Source: a bacterium
Lineage (GTDB): Bacteria; Myxococcota; UBA727; JAUIJE01
Direction of reading: 5' to 3'
Length of the DNA: 64,000 nucleotides
Assembly: GCA_030431455.1 (NCBI GenBank)
Contig: JAUIJE010000002.1
Location: 193,294 to 257,293, forward strand
Shown here: one piece after another, positions 27,582 to 36,278 of the stretch
Position numbering within the stretch: the first letter of the stretch is position 1
Layout of the letters: the number at the start of each line of letters is the position of its first letter
The notes under the pieces: generated by a model
Databases searched by the model: none
Told to the model about the DNA's origin: nothing
The model's input: only the letters and a program-made list of their open reading frames with translations
Translations under genes and position numbers: made by a program

Positions 27582-28196
27582 ATGCGCGCGATGGTGCTCG
27601 GTCCGGTCTTGTTGTTCACCGCTTGTGGGTTTGCCCCCGACGACGAACGCGGGCGCGTGTTCCCCGCGCCGGCGGAGCGGCCGGCCACGGTGGGCGGCGC
27701 GTCCGAGGTGGACGCCCGCTTCGTCGGCACCTGGGTCGTCGACCAGCCCGGGCATGCGCTCTACGAGGCCAGTGTGTACGAGTTTCGCGCCGACGGGGCC
27801 CTCGCCCTGCTGGGCAGCTTCTCGTTCGACCAGCCGATGGAGGGCTACCAGACCGGCCAGGTCGCGGTCTCCGACGACAGCTGCGGCGACTGGTACTGCG
27901 AAGACGTCAAGTTTGTGTGCGGCTTTGGCCAGCAATGGGCGGCGCCCGATTCAGACACATTGTTGATTCAGAGCCCCTGCGACGATGGCGTGACCCGCGA
28001 CGTGGAGCTCTCGTTCACCGACGACGCGAGCGCCAACAGCCAAGGCCAGACCACGGTGATCATCGAGCGCGTGGGCGAACACGACGACGCGTTCCACTGG
28101 GGCCCGGACTGGCGGTTCGTCAAGTGCCTCGACGACAACGGCGCGGCGTTGACCGATCATTGGGCCTGCGAGCAGCCCGTGTTCGAGGGCCAATAA
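27582..28196 (+). CDS. Lipoprotein, hypothetical
   Basis: It has a signal peptide with a lipobox (LLFTAC) and is 204 aa. Confidence 0.6.
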   Translation: MRAMVLGPVLLFTACGFAPDDERGRVFPAPAERPATVGGASEVDARFVGTWVVDQPGHALYEASVYEFRADGALALLGSFSFDQPMEGYQTGQVAVSDDSCGDWYCEDVKFVCGFGQQWAAPDSDTLLIQSPCDDGVTRDVELSFTDDASANSQGQTTVIIERVGEHDDAFHWGPDWRFVKCLDDNGAALTDHWACEQPVFEGQ

Positions 28197-28199
28197 CGC

Positions 28200-28712
28200 T
28201 CAGCCTTCGCGAGGACAGGTGCAGGCGTCGCCCTCCGGGGTGAAGCCGCAGCCCTCGTCACAGGTTTGCATCAGGCGGTGCCGCAGGGTGCGGGTGCCGG
28301 ACGCGACCGCCCCGGCGTCGCACGCGCTGAGCACGTCGGTGTGCAGCAACACGGTGAAGTCGCCGCTGCGGTGCTTGACCAGCTCGGCCCGGTCGCGGAC
28401 CACGCAGCCCTGCTCCACCCGGTTGGTGCCCGCCCCGTCGATCTCCAGGGTGCGCCGCTCCCAGTGCGTGACCTCGTAGCGGTGGTCGTGGGTGTGCTCG
28501 ACGTTGGTGCGCATCGGCATCCACAATGTCAATGTATCTTTCGCGGGGTCGACGTCGATTTCGCCCCGCCGCGACCCGCTGACCCGCAGCACGTCCTCGG
28601 CCGGCCCTTGCGCCTGCACGAGCTCGATCTCATACACCCCGCGCGCGACCACCGGCTCCGAGCCGCCACAAGCCACGCCCCACAATGCCAACGACATGAG
28701 TACCCAACGCAT
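28200..28712 (-). CDS. Lipoprotein, hypothetical (170 aa)
   Basis: A signal peptide with a lipobox (LWGVAC) is visible only from the internal Met. The upstream part of the ORF-track call is low complexity and is rejected. Confidence 0.55.
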   Translation of the reverse strand: MRWVLMSLALWGVACGGSEPVVARGVYEIELVQAQGPAEDVLRVSGSRRGEIDVDPAKDTLTLWMPMRTNVEHTHDHRYEVTHWERRTLEIDGAGTNRVEQGCVVRDRAELVKHRSGDFTVLLHTDVLSACDAGAVASGTRTLRHRLMQTCDEGCGFTPEGDACTCPREG

Positions 28713-28812
28713 GCGCGCACCGTATGGCCGGTCCGCCCGGGGGGCGTGTGAAAGCTCCTGAAACCGACCCAACAGCCGCCTCCAGGAACAAAATCGCAGT
28801 GTTTCTAGACGG

Positions 28813-29790
28813 TTAGCGCGCGGGCCGCACCCACTCGGCCACCACCGGGCGGTGGTCTGACAAGGTGCTGTCCACCACCTGGGCCGGCCCGCGGGTCCAC
28901 GATTTGGGGGCCGCGACCCAGTCGATGGCCCGGTCGGGGGCCGTGCTCGGGAACGACAGGCCCGCGCGGGTCTCGAAGCCTTGGTGCGGGCTGAGCACAA
29001 AGCCGCGGCTGCCGACAAGCTCGTCGACCGCGTTGCGCCCCTTGTCGTCGGTGTCGTGCCCGGGCACGCCGCTCGGCGCAGAGTTGAAGTCACCGGCCAG
29101 CACCGCCTCGAGCCCGCGGCCGCGCGCGTGCTCGAGCACGAAGCGCATCGAATCGGTGCGCAGCCGCTCGGACCGGTGCGAGAGGTGCAGCGCATAGAGG
29201 TCGAACCCGTCGTGACCGCCCACGCGGCAGACCAGGCCCCGCTTCTTGCCCGCCACCACCGTCTCCCAGCCGCGCAGGCCAGGCAGCGCGATCACCGCGC
29301 AGTCGTCGAGCGGCACTTTGCTCAAGATCGCATTGCCGAACCGGTAAGGCCCGGTGGGCACGAACCCGGGCACGTCGAGGTTGGTCTGGGTCGCGACGTA
29401 GGGGTAGCCGGCCCGGTCCGCGAGCACGCGGGCTTGGTCGATGCCGTAACTCCAGGCGGAATCAAAATCGACCTCGTTGAGCACCCAGATGTCCGCGTCG
29501 ACGTCGCGCAACAGGGCCGCAATGTCGGTGAGGCGCGCGTCCCGTTCGGCCTGGTCGCCGCCCGCGTGGTTGTCGTCGTGGGGGCCGCGGCCGTGGGCGA
29601 TGTTGTACGTGCCGATGCGCACCCGGCGGGACAGCTCGCGGATGGGGTGTTGGTCGCTCACCGTGAGCGTGGGCCCGGCGCGGTGGGCGCGCCACCGGTA
29701 GAGGCCAAACGCGGTCACGTACCCCGCCGTCAGGGCGAGCAGCATCCAGAACCACCGTCGGGCGAGCAAGAACTTCGTGAGGGTCACCAC
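28813..29790 (-). CDS. Endonuclease/exonuclease/phosphatase (EEP) family protein with an N-terminal TM helix
   Basis: It carries EEP catalytic motifs (GTYNIAHG, VLNEVD, SDHRPV). Confidence 0.85.
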   Translation of the reverse strand: MVTLTKFLLARRWFWMLLALTAGYVTAFGLYRWRAHRAGPTLTVSDQHPIRELSRRVRIGTYNIAHGRGPHDDNHAGGDQAERDARLTDIAALLRDVDADIWVLNEVDFDSAWSYGIDQARVLADRAGYPYVATQTNLDVPGFVPTGPYRFGNAILSKVPLDDCAVIALPGLRGWETVVAGKKRGLVCRVGGHDGFDLYALHLSHRSERLRTDSMRFVLEHARGRGLEAVLAGDFNSAPSGVPGHDTDDKGRNAVDELVGSRGFVLSPHQGFETRAGLSFPSTAPDRAIDWVAAPKSWTRGPAQVVDSTLSDHRPVVAEWVRPAR

Positions 29791-29860
29791 GCGAACACAA
29801 CCGCGCGGTCTGCGCGCTCATGCCCGGCCGGCTGTGAAGCCGGTCACGGCCTCTTTCGGG

Positions 29861-31057
29861 TCACCGAAACGCGCTCTGTCCGGTCAACGCGTGGCCCACC
29901 ACCAGCTGGTGCACGTCGTGGGTGCCTTCGTAGGTATACACAGTTTCAAGATTGCTCATGTGGCGCATGATGCCGTACTCGTCCATGATGCCGTTGCCCC
30001 CCAGAATGTCTCTGCATGTGCGCGCGATGTGCAAAGCGGTCTCGACATTGGCCATCTTCGCCATCGAGGTGCGCGCGCCTTCAATGTCACCGCCCTTTTC
30101 CACGGCCTCGTCCTTGAGCCGGCCAAAACGCCAGGCCAAAAGCTGCGCGTGGGTGAGCCGCGCCGACATCTGGGCGAACTTCTGCTGCACCAACTGAAAC
30201 CCCGCGATGGGCCGCCCGAACGCCATGCGCTCCTTGGCGAAATCGAGCGCGGTGGCAAAACAATCCTCGGCCGCCCCGAGCACCCCCCAACAAATCCCGT
30301 ACCGGCCCTGGTTGAGCACCGCGAGGGCGCTCTTGAGCCCATCGGTGCCGGGCAAGAGCGCCTCGTCGGGCACGAACACGTCGTCGAGCATGAGCTCGGC
30401 GGTGTCCGAGGCTCTGAACGACTGTTTGCCGTCGAGCTTGTGCCGGGAAAATCCGTCCGCGTCGGTGGGCACGACGAAGCCGCGAATGCTGCTGGCGCCT
30501 TGCCCGGTCCGGGCCCAGACGATCGCGATGTCGGCCAAGGTCCCGTTGGTGATCCACCGCTTGGTCCCCGAGATGCGCCAGCCGCCGTCCACCTTCGTGG
30601 CCCGGGTGCTCATGTTGCCGGGGTCGCTGCCCGCGTCGGGTTCGGACAGGCCAAAACAGCCCACCAATGTGCCTGCGGCGAGCTGGGGCAGGAGCTCTTC
30701 TTTGTGCTGGGCGGACCCGAAGGTGAAGATCGGGTACATGCACAAATTGCTCTGTACCCCGACCATGGAGCGCACGCACGAGTCCGCGCGTTCGAGCTCG
30801 CGCATACACAGCCCATAGGCCACGTAGTTGAGCGTGGGCCCGTCCCCGAGGTCCAAGGTCGCGCCGAACAGCCCGAGCTCGGCCAGCTCCCGCATGATCG
30901 GCAATGGGGCTGCATCGCGCCAGGCCTGCGCCACGTGGGGCCGGACCTTGGCCTCGACAAAACGGCGCACGCTGTCGCGCGCGGCGCGCTCCTCTTCGGT
31001 GAGCAGGTCTTCGAAGGCAAAGAAGTCGAGCGGATTGGGCATGCCGCGTTCTAGCAC
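29861..31057 (-). CDS. Acyl-CoA dehydrogenase (glutaryl-CoA dehydrogenase-like)
   Basis: It has ACAD family motifs (GLSEPDAGSD, the RWITNG-like KRWITNG, and a C-terminal YEGTHDV). The start could instead be the internal Met at 31042. Confidence 0.9.
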   Translation of the reverse strand: MLERGMPNPLDFFAFEDLLTEEERAARDSVRRFVEAKVRPHVAQAWRDAAPLPIMRELAELGLFGATLDLGDGPTLNYVAYGLCMRELERADSCVRSMVGVQSNLCMYPIFTFGSAQHKEELLPQLAAGTLVGCFGLSEPDAGSDPGNMSTRATKVDGGWRISGTKRWITNGTLADIAIVWARTGQGASSIRGFVVPTDADGFSRHKLDGKQSFRASDTAELMLDDVFVPDEALLPGTDGLKSALAVLNQGRYGICWGVLGAAEDCFATALDFAKERMAFGRPIAGFQLVQQKFAQMSARLTHAQLLAWRFGRLKDEAVEKGGDIEGARTSMAKMANVETALHIARTCRDILGGNGIMDEYGIMRHMSNLETVYTYEGTHDVHQLVVGHALTGQSAFR

Positions 31058-31078
31058 CGCCGGATGTCCGGTGTGGCC

Positions 31079-32455
31079 TCAGGCCGCGGGCGGCGCGGGC
31101 CAGCGCTCCCAGGTCGGGCCCCACACGACCTTCGAGGCGACAAAGTGCAGGGGGTCGTCCTTCGGCCAGGGGCTCGCGAACGGCTCTTCCACGAGGGCGA
31201 ACTCCCCGTTGTCGAACGGCGCGCCGCTCGCCTTACGTTTTTGGTGCGTGCGCTCGCGCAGGCCGCGGCCCTTTTGGACCAGTGCGCGGTGGTGGCAGTA
31301 AGGGTTATTGCCCCGGCGGTCGAAAAACACGTGGCTGGTCCAGCTGCAGCCCGCGCGGCACAACGATTTGTATTCGCACGTGGCGCAAAAGCCCCAGAGG
31401 TGCTTTTCGCCTTCGGGGGTGCCGCCGCCCATGTTGATGAGCAGCTCTTTGGTTTGCAGAATGTCACTGAGTCGCGTGTCGCGGATGTTGCCCCCGGTGT
31501 ACGCGCTGGTGGGCAGAGACGGGCAGCCTTTGATCGCCCCGTCGGCTTCGATGCCGAGGGCGTGCAGGCCCGCTTGGCAGCCGCGCCAAAAGCCCCACTC
31601 CCCCGCGGTGCGGCCGCGGAACAGCCGTTCGTAGGGGCCGTAATAGCCAATGTTATTGCCGGGAAGGACGGTCACGCCCTCTTGGTTGGCGCGGTTCACC
31701 ACCCGGGCGACCATGGGGTACATGTCGAGCAGCTCGGCGGGTTGCATCAGGATGTCGTGGTTGTCGGCGGCGTTGCCCATGGGCACGGTGAGCTGAATCT
31801 GCCAGGCGGTGGCCCCCGCGCGCTGGATGTATTCGTAGAGCGTGGGGAACTGCGGCGCGCTTTTGCGGTTGAGCTGGGTGTTGACCCCGCAGAGCATGCC
31901 CACGTCGGAGAAGTGGCCCAGCGACCGAAAACACGCGTCCCAGCTGCCGGGCTTGCCGCGCAGCTCGTCGTGCACATCGCGCAGGCCGTCGATGCTCACG
32001 CTCACCCGGGCGATGCCCGCGTCGACCATGCGCCGGGCGGTCTCGCGGCTGATGCCGTAGCCGCCGGTGGTCATGGTCGCGATCATGCCCACGTCGTTGA
32101 TTTTGCGCGCGAGGTCGAGCCAATCCGGCCGCAGGTAGGCTTCGCCCCCGATGAGCGTGACCTCGGTGATGCCGTTTTGCGCCATCTGTTCGATGAGGTC
32201 GAACGCCTCTTCGGTGGTGAGCTCGTCGGTGCGCGCGTCGCCGGCCCGGGACCCGCAGTGGCTACAGGCCAAATTACACTTGAGGGTAATTTCCCAGACC
32301 GCGTAGGACTGGCGCTGGTACTCGACGAGTTTGCCCCGGGCTTCGTCGCGCAACGAGGGCAATAGATCGCGGGCGCGCGACTTGGTGAGCGGCACCGGGC
32401 CCACGGTGGTGTTGGCGACCGCGTCGCCGTTGTTCAGGATTTTGAAGTCGACCAT
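31079..32455 (-). CDS. Radical SAM enzyme with a C-terminal SPASM domain (peptide/protein-modifying type)
   Basis: It has the motif CNLACSHCG (CxxxCxxC) after a ~58-aa N-terminal extension. The SPASM Cys cluster reads GCPS...GFCATCEYKSLCRAGC. A ~70-aa C-terminal tail follows. Confidence 0.9.
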   Translation of the reverse strand: MVDFKILNNGDAVANTTVGPVPLTKSRARDLLPSLRDEARGKLVEYQRQSYAVWEITLKCNLACSHCGSRAGDARTDELTTEEAFDLIEQMAQNGITEVTLIGGEAYLRPDWLDLARKINDVGMIATMTTGGYGISRETARRMVDAGIARVSVSIDGLRDVHDELRGKPGSWDACFRSLGHFSDVGMLCGVNTQLNRKSAPQFPTLYEYIQRAGATAWQIQLTVPMGNAADNHDILMQPAELLDMYPMVARVVNRANQEGVTVLPGNNIGYYGPYERLFRGRTAGEWGFWRGCQAGLHALGIEADGAIKGCPSLPTSAYTGGNIRDTRLSDILQTKELLINMGGGTPEGEKHLWGFCATCEYKSLCRAGCSWTSHVFFDRRGNNPYCHHRALVQKGRGLRERTHQKRKASGAPFDNGEFALVEEPFASPWPKDDPLHFVASKVVWGPTWERWPAPPAA

Positions 32456-32558
32456 CGTCGGTCTCCCACAATGAAACTGGACAATGTTGCCGGTTCAGGC
32501 CCCGAAACGAAAAGAGGGAGGGCGACCCCTCCCTCTTTTGTTCAGCGCGAGGCGTGCA

Positions 32559-33914
32559 TCACGAATCGCCACCCGCGGGGTTGACCCCGGTGAGCGGCGC
32601 GCCGATGGGCATGCCGTACATCGGGCGCACCACCGGGCCGCCGTCGATGGGGCCCACGTCGATGGGATTGGGCATGCCGTACATCGGCATGATGTCGATG
32701 GGCGACGGCCCCGGGGTCGGGGCCGGGCCGGGGCCCACGTCGATGGGGTTGGGCATGCCGTACATCGGCAGGATGTCGATGGGGTCGATGATGTTCAGCC
32801 CGATGTAGGTCTCGAGCTTGGCCTTGGCGTCGGCGTCGATGAACTGCGCGACGTCGTTGAGGATGAGCTGGAGGTCTTCCTTCTCGGTCTTGGACAGCCG
32901 GCCCCCGTCGTTGGCGGCTTTGATCAAGGCCTCGGCGTCGGCTTTGTCGATGCGGAAGTCTTGCAGCATGCCCTCGAACGCTTCGCGCAGGCCCTTGTCC
33001 TTGAGCTGGCGCGAGAGGCTCGGCACCGCCACGCCGTACATCGGGGCGATGGGCGGCTCGGGCGGGTGAATGTTGGGCTCGTCTTTGATCGCGGCCATCA
33101 ACAGCGCCTTGGCCGTCGAGGTCAGGCGCAGGCTGCTCACAATGGTGGATAGGTCGTTCTTCTGCGCGTCGGAGAGCGAACCGAGGCCGTTCTGTTCGTC
33201 GAGGGCGGCCTGCACCAGACCGCTCGCCTCGTTGGCGTCGATTTGGAAGTCGCCCATCATGCCGCGCAGCGCGTCGCGGATGGCGCCGGTCTGGAGGTTG
33301 AGGCCGTCGGGCGAGCTCATGAGCTGGTCGTTGATGATCTGGTGCGCTTGGCCGGTGAGCTCAAACGTGAGGTTGTGGAGGATGCGCTCGAGGTCCTGCC
33401 GCTCGCGGGCGGTCATCACCCCGCCGTCGAGGGCCGCTTCCACCAGCTGCTTGGCTTCGACGTCGGTGATTTTGCTGTCCTGCATCACCTTGTCGAACAC
33501 CTCGCGCAGCTGCACGTCGCTGGGCCGCGCCGCAAACTCGGGGGGCATGGGCATCCCGTACATCGGCAAGAAGATGTTGGGGTCGACGGGCAGGCTCACC
33601 GCCGGGGTGTCGGGCTGGGGCACGCGGAAGTTCACCTCGCCGGACTTTTGCACTTCGGCGTCGAGGGTCGCGCGGGCCTGGGCCACGTTTTGGTTGAGGG
33701 TGGCTTGGTTGGCCCAGCCCGAGCGGGGGAGGGCCTGGCCTTGGGCCGCGGTGGGCGCGCCGGTCGCGGTGCCGGCGGTCTGGTCCATCTTGTCGGCGGG
33801 GCCGGCGGGCTTTTTCGCCTCCACCTGGGCTTTTTGGGCCGCGGGGGCTTGCTCGGCCTGTCCGGTCTGGCCGATGCGGGGAGAAAATCCGGGTCCCTTG
33901 TTGATTTTGGTCAT
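32559..33914 (-). CDS. Cytoplasmic repeat protein. It has three ~63-aa helical repeats interleaved with five P-M-Y-G-(M/V)-P motifs and is a candidate rSAM substrate.
   Basis: The five motifs are PMYGMPMPP, PMYGVAVP, PMYGMPNPIDVGP (twice) and PMYGMPIGAP. The three repeats each read LRExF..M.QDF.ID...A..L..AA.DGG...T..E..DL..IL. There is no signal peptide. The gene is immediately upstream of the rSAM/SPASM gene on the same strand. Confidence 0.8.
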   Translation of the reverse strand: MTKINKGPGFSPRIGQTGQAEQAPAAQKAQVEAKKPAGPADKMDQTAGTATGAPTAAQGQALPRSGWANQATLNQNVAQARATLDAEVQKSGEVNFRVPQPDTPAVSLPVDPNIFLPMYGMPMPPEFAARPSDVQLREVFDKVMQDSKITDVEAKQLVEAALDGGVMTARERQDLERILHNLTFELTGQAHQIINDQLMSSPDGLNLQTGAIRDALRGMMGDFQIDANEASGLVQAALDEQNGLGSLSDAQKNDLSTIVSSLRLTSTAKALLMAAIKDEPNIHPPEPPIAPMYGVAVPSLSRQLKDKGLREAFEGMLQDFRIDKADAEALIKAANDGGRLSKTEKEDLQLILNDVAQFIDADAKAKLETYIGLNIIDPIDILPMYGMPNPIDVGPGPAPTPGPSPIDIMPMYGMPNPIDVGPIDGGPVVRPMYGMPIGAPLTGVNPAGGDS

Positions 33915-34038
33915 GATGGTCCTCGAAAGTCGGGAAAGCGCTTGGGGGTTTTATGCCAGAAGCGGGCTGTTTGGCGATTGATCTCGACGGAAAACCCAAT
34001 GGTATCGGCCGCTTGCCCGACGAGCGGGGCGCGCCCTG

Positions 34039-35190
34039 ATGCGCCTTGGCCTGTTTGTCACCCGGCTCGACCTCGGCGGCGCCCAGCAGGTGGTGCTCGA
34101 CCTCGCCGCGCACGCGGCCGGCCAGGGCGTCGACGTGATCCTGTACGCCGGCGCCGGGGGCGCGCTGGACGACGCCGCGCGGGCCTTGCCCGTCCAGGTG
34201 CGGCTCTTGCCGTGGTTGCCGCACGCGGTAGCACCAGGCGACGCGCTGGCCGTGCCCCGCTTGGCACAGTTGTTTCGCGCGGGCCGGCTCGACGTGCTGC
34301 ACACCCATTCGAGCAAAGCCGGCGCCCTCGGCCGGGTCGCGGCGAAGCTCGCGCGGGTGCCCGCGGTGGTGCACACCGTGCACGGCTGGAGCTTCAACGA
34401 CACACAATCGGCGGCCACCCAGCGCGCGTTCGTCGCCGTCGAGAGAGCCTGCGCCAAGCTCTCCGACGCGCTGGTGTGCGTGAGCGAACACGACCGCGCG
34501 CGCGGCCTGTCCCTGCACATTGGGCAAAAAGACCAGTACCGCATCCTGCGCGCGGGCATCGACGTCGAGCGGTTCTCGGCCCCCACCGGGGGGCCCGCCC
34601 TGCGCCAACGGCTCGGCATCCCCGACGGACACCGCGTGGTCGGGACCGTGGCCAATTTCAAGCCGCAAAAAGGTCCGCTCGACTGGGCCGAGGTCGCGGT
34701 GCGCGTCCTCCGCGCGCGCGATGACGTGCACGTGGTGTACGCCGGGGACGGCCCTTTGCGCAGCCTGGCCGAACAGCGCCTGGTCCACGCCGGCGTGCAC
34801 CAACGCGCGCACCTGCTCGGCTGGTGCGACGACGTGGACGCGGTCTACGCGGCCTCGGATGTGTTCTTGTTGATGTCGCACTTCGAGGGCCTGCCCCGCT
34901 CGGTGTTGCAGGCCATGGCCGGCCGCGTGCCGGTGGTGGCCACCGCCGTCGACGGCACCGCCGAAGTCGTGCGGCACGAGACCGGCTATCCCGTGGCCCG
35001 GGGGGACGTAGCCGGCGCGGCCGAGGCGGTGCTGGCCGCGCTCGAGGGCGACGAAGGCCGGGCCGCGCGCGCCCATGCCCAGTTGCCCGCGTTTTCGCTC
35101 GCCGCGATGCGGGACGGGCACATCGCCTTGTACGAGGAGCTCACGGCACCAGGCGCGCGGCGCGCTCGTCGAGCAGCTCGCGCTCGATGA
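34039..35190 (+). CDS. Glycosyltransferase family 1 (GT4-like)
   Basis: It has the GT-B fold signature including the EGLP motif (FEGLPRSVLQAMAGRVPVV). Confidence 0.85.
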   Translation: MRLGLFVTRLDLGGAQQVVLDLAAHAAGQGVDVILYAGAGGALDDAARALPVQVRLLPWLPHAVAPGDALAVPRLAQLFRAGRLDVLHTHSSKAGALGRVAAKLARVPAVVHTVHGWSFNDTQSAATQRAFVAVERACAKLSDALVCVSEHDRARGLSLHIGQKDQYRILRAGIDVERFSAPTGGPALRQRLGIPDGHRVVGTVANFKPQKGPLDWAEVAVRVLRARDDVHVVYAGDGPLRSLAEQRLVHAGVHQRAHLLGWCDDVDAVYAASDVFLLMSHFEGLPRSVLQAMAGRVPVVATAVDGTAEVVRHETGYPVARGDVAGAAEAVLAALEGDEGRAARAHAQLPAFSLAAMRDGHIALYEELTAPGARRARRAARAR

Positions 35191-36238
35191 GATAAGGCCC
35201 GATCAAACTCATGAACCCTGGGCTGTGCACAAATTGGCGCGCCACCTGCTGCACCGCCAAGGTCACGTCGCCGGTCTCGAGGGCGAGCAGGCGCACGGCG
35301 CAGAGCTCGGCCAGGACCTGCACGGCGAAATCGAACGCCTCGTACCGCGCGGGCACGTGGGTGTAGATGCGCCACGCGGCATATCGTGTATAGGCGCGCT
35401 CCCAGATCGGGTCTTCGCCCGGGCTCGCCGCGGCCAGGCGCGCCTCGATCTCGTCGAGCCCGCGCGCGCTTTTCGGCGGCGGGTCCTGGTCAAAAAAGCC
35501 GCGTACCTCGTCCAGGGTGGGCTGGGTCGCGAACACCAAACGCAACACCGGCTCGGTAAAAAGCGCGGACTGGGCGTGCATCACCCGGGCCACGAGCAGG
35601 TCGCGCCCCACCCGCGCGCGGGTCGCCATGTCATTGCACACGATGCCGGCCGGGGCCCCGTCGGGCCAGAGCATGGCCAAGAGCCGCTCGCGCACCGGGC
35701 GGGTCTCGTCGGTGAGCACGGCCATGACCCGGTCGCGGTGGGCCAATGAGTCTGCACCCACCTTCTTGTCGTGGCGCGCATCGGGCCCGTGCGCGACCTG
35801 CTCGAGGGCGAAGGGCGCGTCCAGGGCCAGCACCAGCCGCGCGATCTCCGGACACCCGAGGGTGGCCCCGACCTCGACGCGCCCGCCCACGTCGTTGGTC
35901 TGGCGCGGGTATTGGCGACAGATTTGCCCCAGGGGGGCTTGGCCGTGCGCGGCGATGACCACGCAGAGATTGTCCTCGCGCAAGAACGCGCAGCGACCGT
36001 TCGGCCGGGTGATGACCGCGGCCTCTTTTTCGGTGGGCTTTTGCACCGGGACCACGAGCTCGTCGAAGGGCGCGTGCAGTGACATGTCTTCGCCCGCCTT
36101 GCGCAGGCGGACCAGCTCGGGCTGGGTCAGGGACACGTCGAGCCCGATGCAGCAGCTGTCCGGGCAGTCGCCGGCGATGCACTCAAACGCCCCGACGTAG
36201 GCCGGGCGCACCGTGGGCAAGGTCGGCCGATCGGTCAT
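35141..36238 (-). CDS. YkgJ/UPF0153-type Cys-cluster (CxxCxxCC) protein
   Basis: The N-terminal motif CIAGDCPDSCC matches the putative Zn/Fe-chelating domain of the YkgJ family. Its 3' end overlaps the convergent GT gene. Confidence 0.7.
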   Translation of the reverse strand: MTDRPTLPTVRPAYVGAFECIAGDCPDSCCIGLDVSLTQPELVRLRKAGEDMSLHAPFDELVVPVQKPTEKEAAVITRPNGRCAFLREDNLCVVIAAHGQAPLGQICRQYPRQTNDVGGRVEVGATLGCPEIARLVLALDAPFALEQVAHGPDARHDKKVGADSLAHRDRVMAVLTDETRPVRERLLAMLWPDGAPAGIVCNDMATRARVGRDLLVARVMHAQSALFTEPVLRLVFATQPTLDEVRGFFDQDPPPKSARGLDEIEARLAAASPGEDPIWERAYTRYAAWRIYTHVPARYEAFDFAVQVLAELCAVRLLALETGDVTLAVQQVARQFVHSPGFMSLIGPYLIERELLDERAARLVP

Positions 36239-36278
36239 GCCCCCACCGTACCGCGAACCGCCGCGCGCGGAAGACCGC

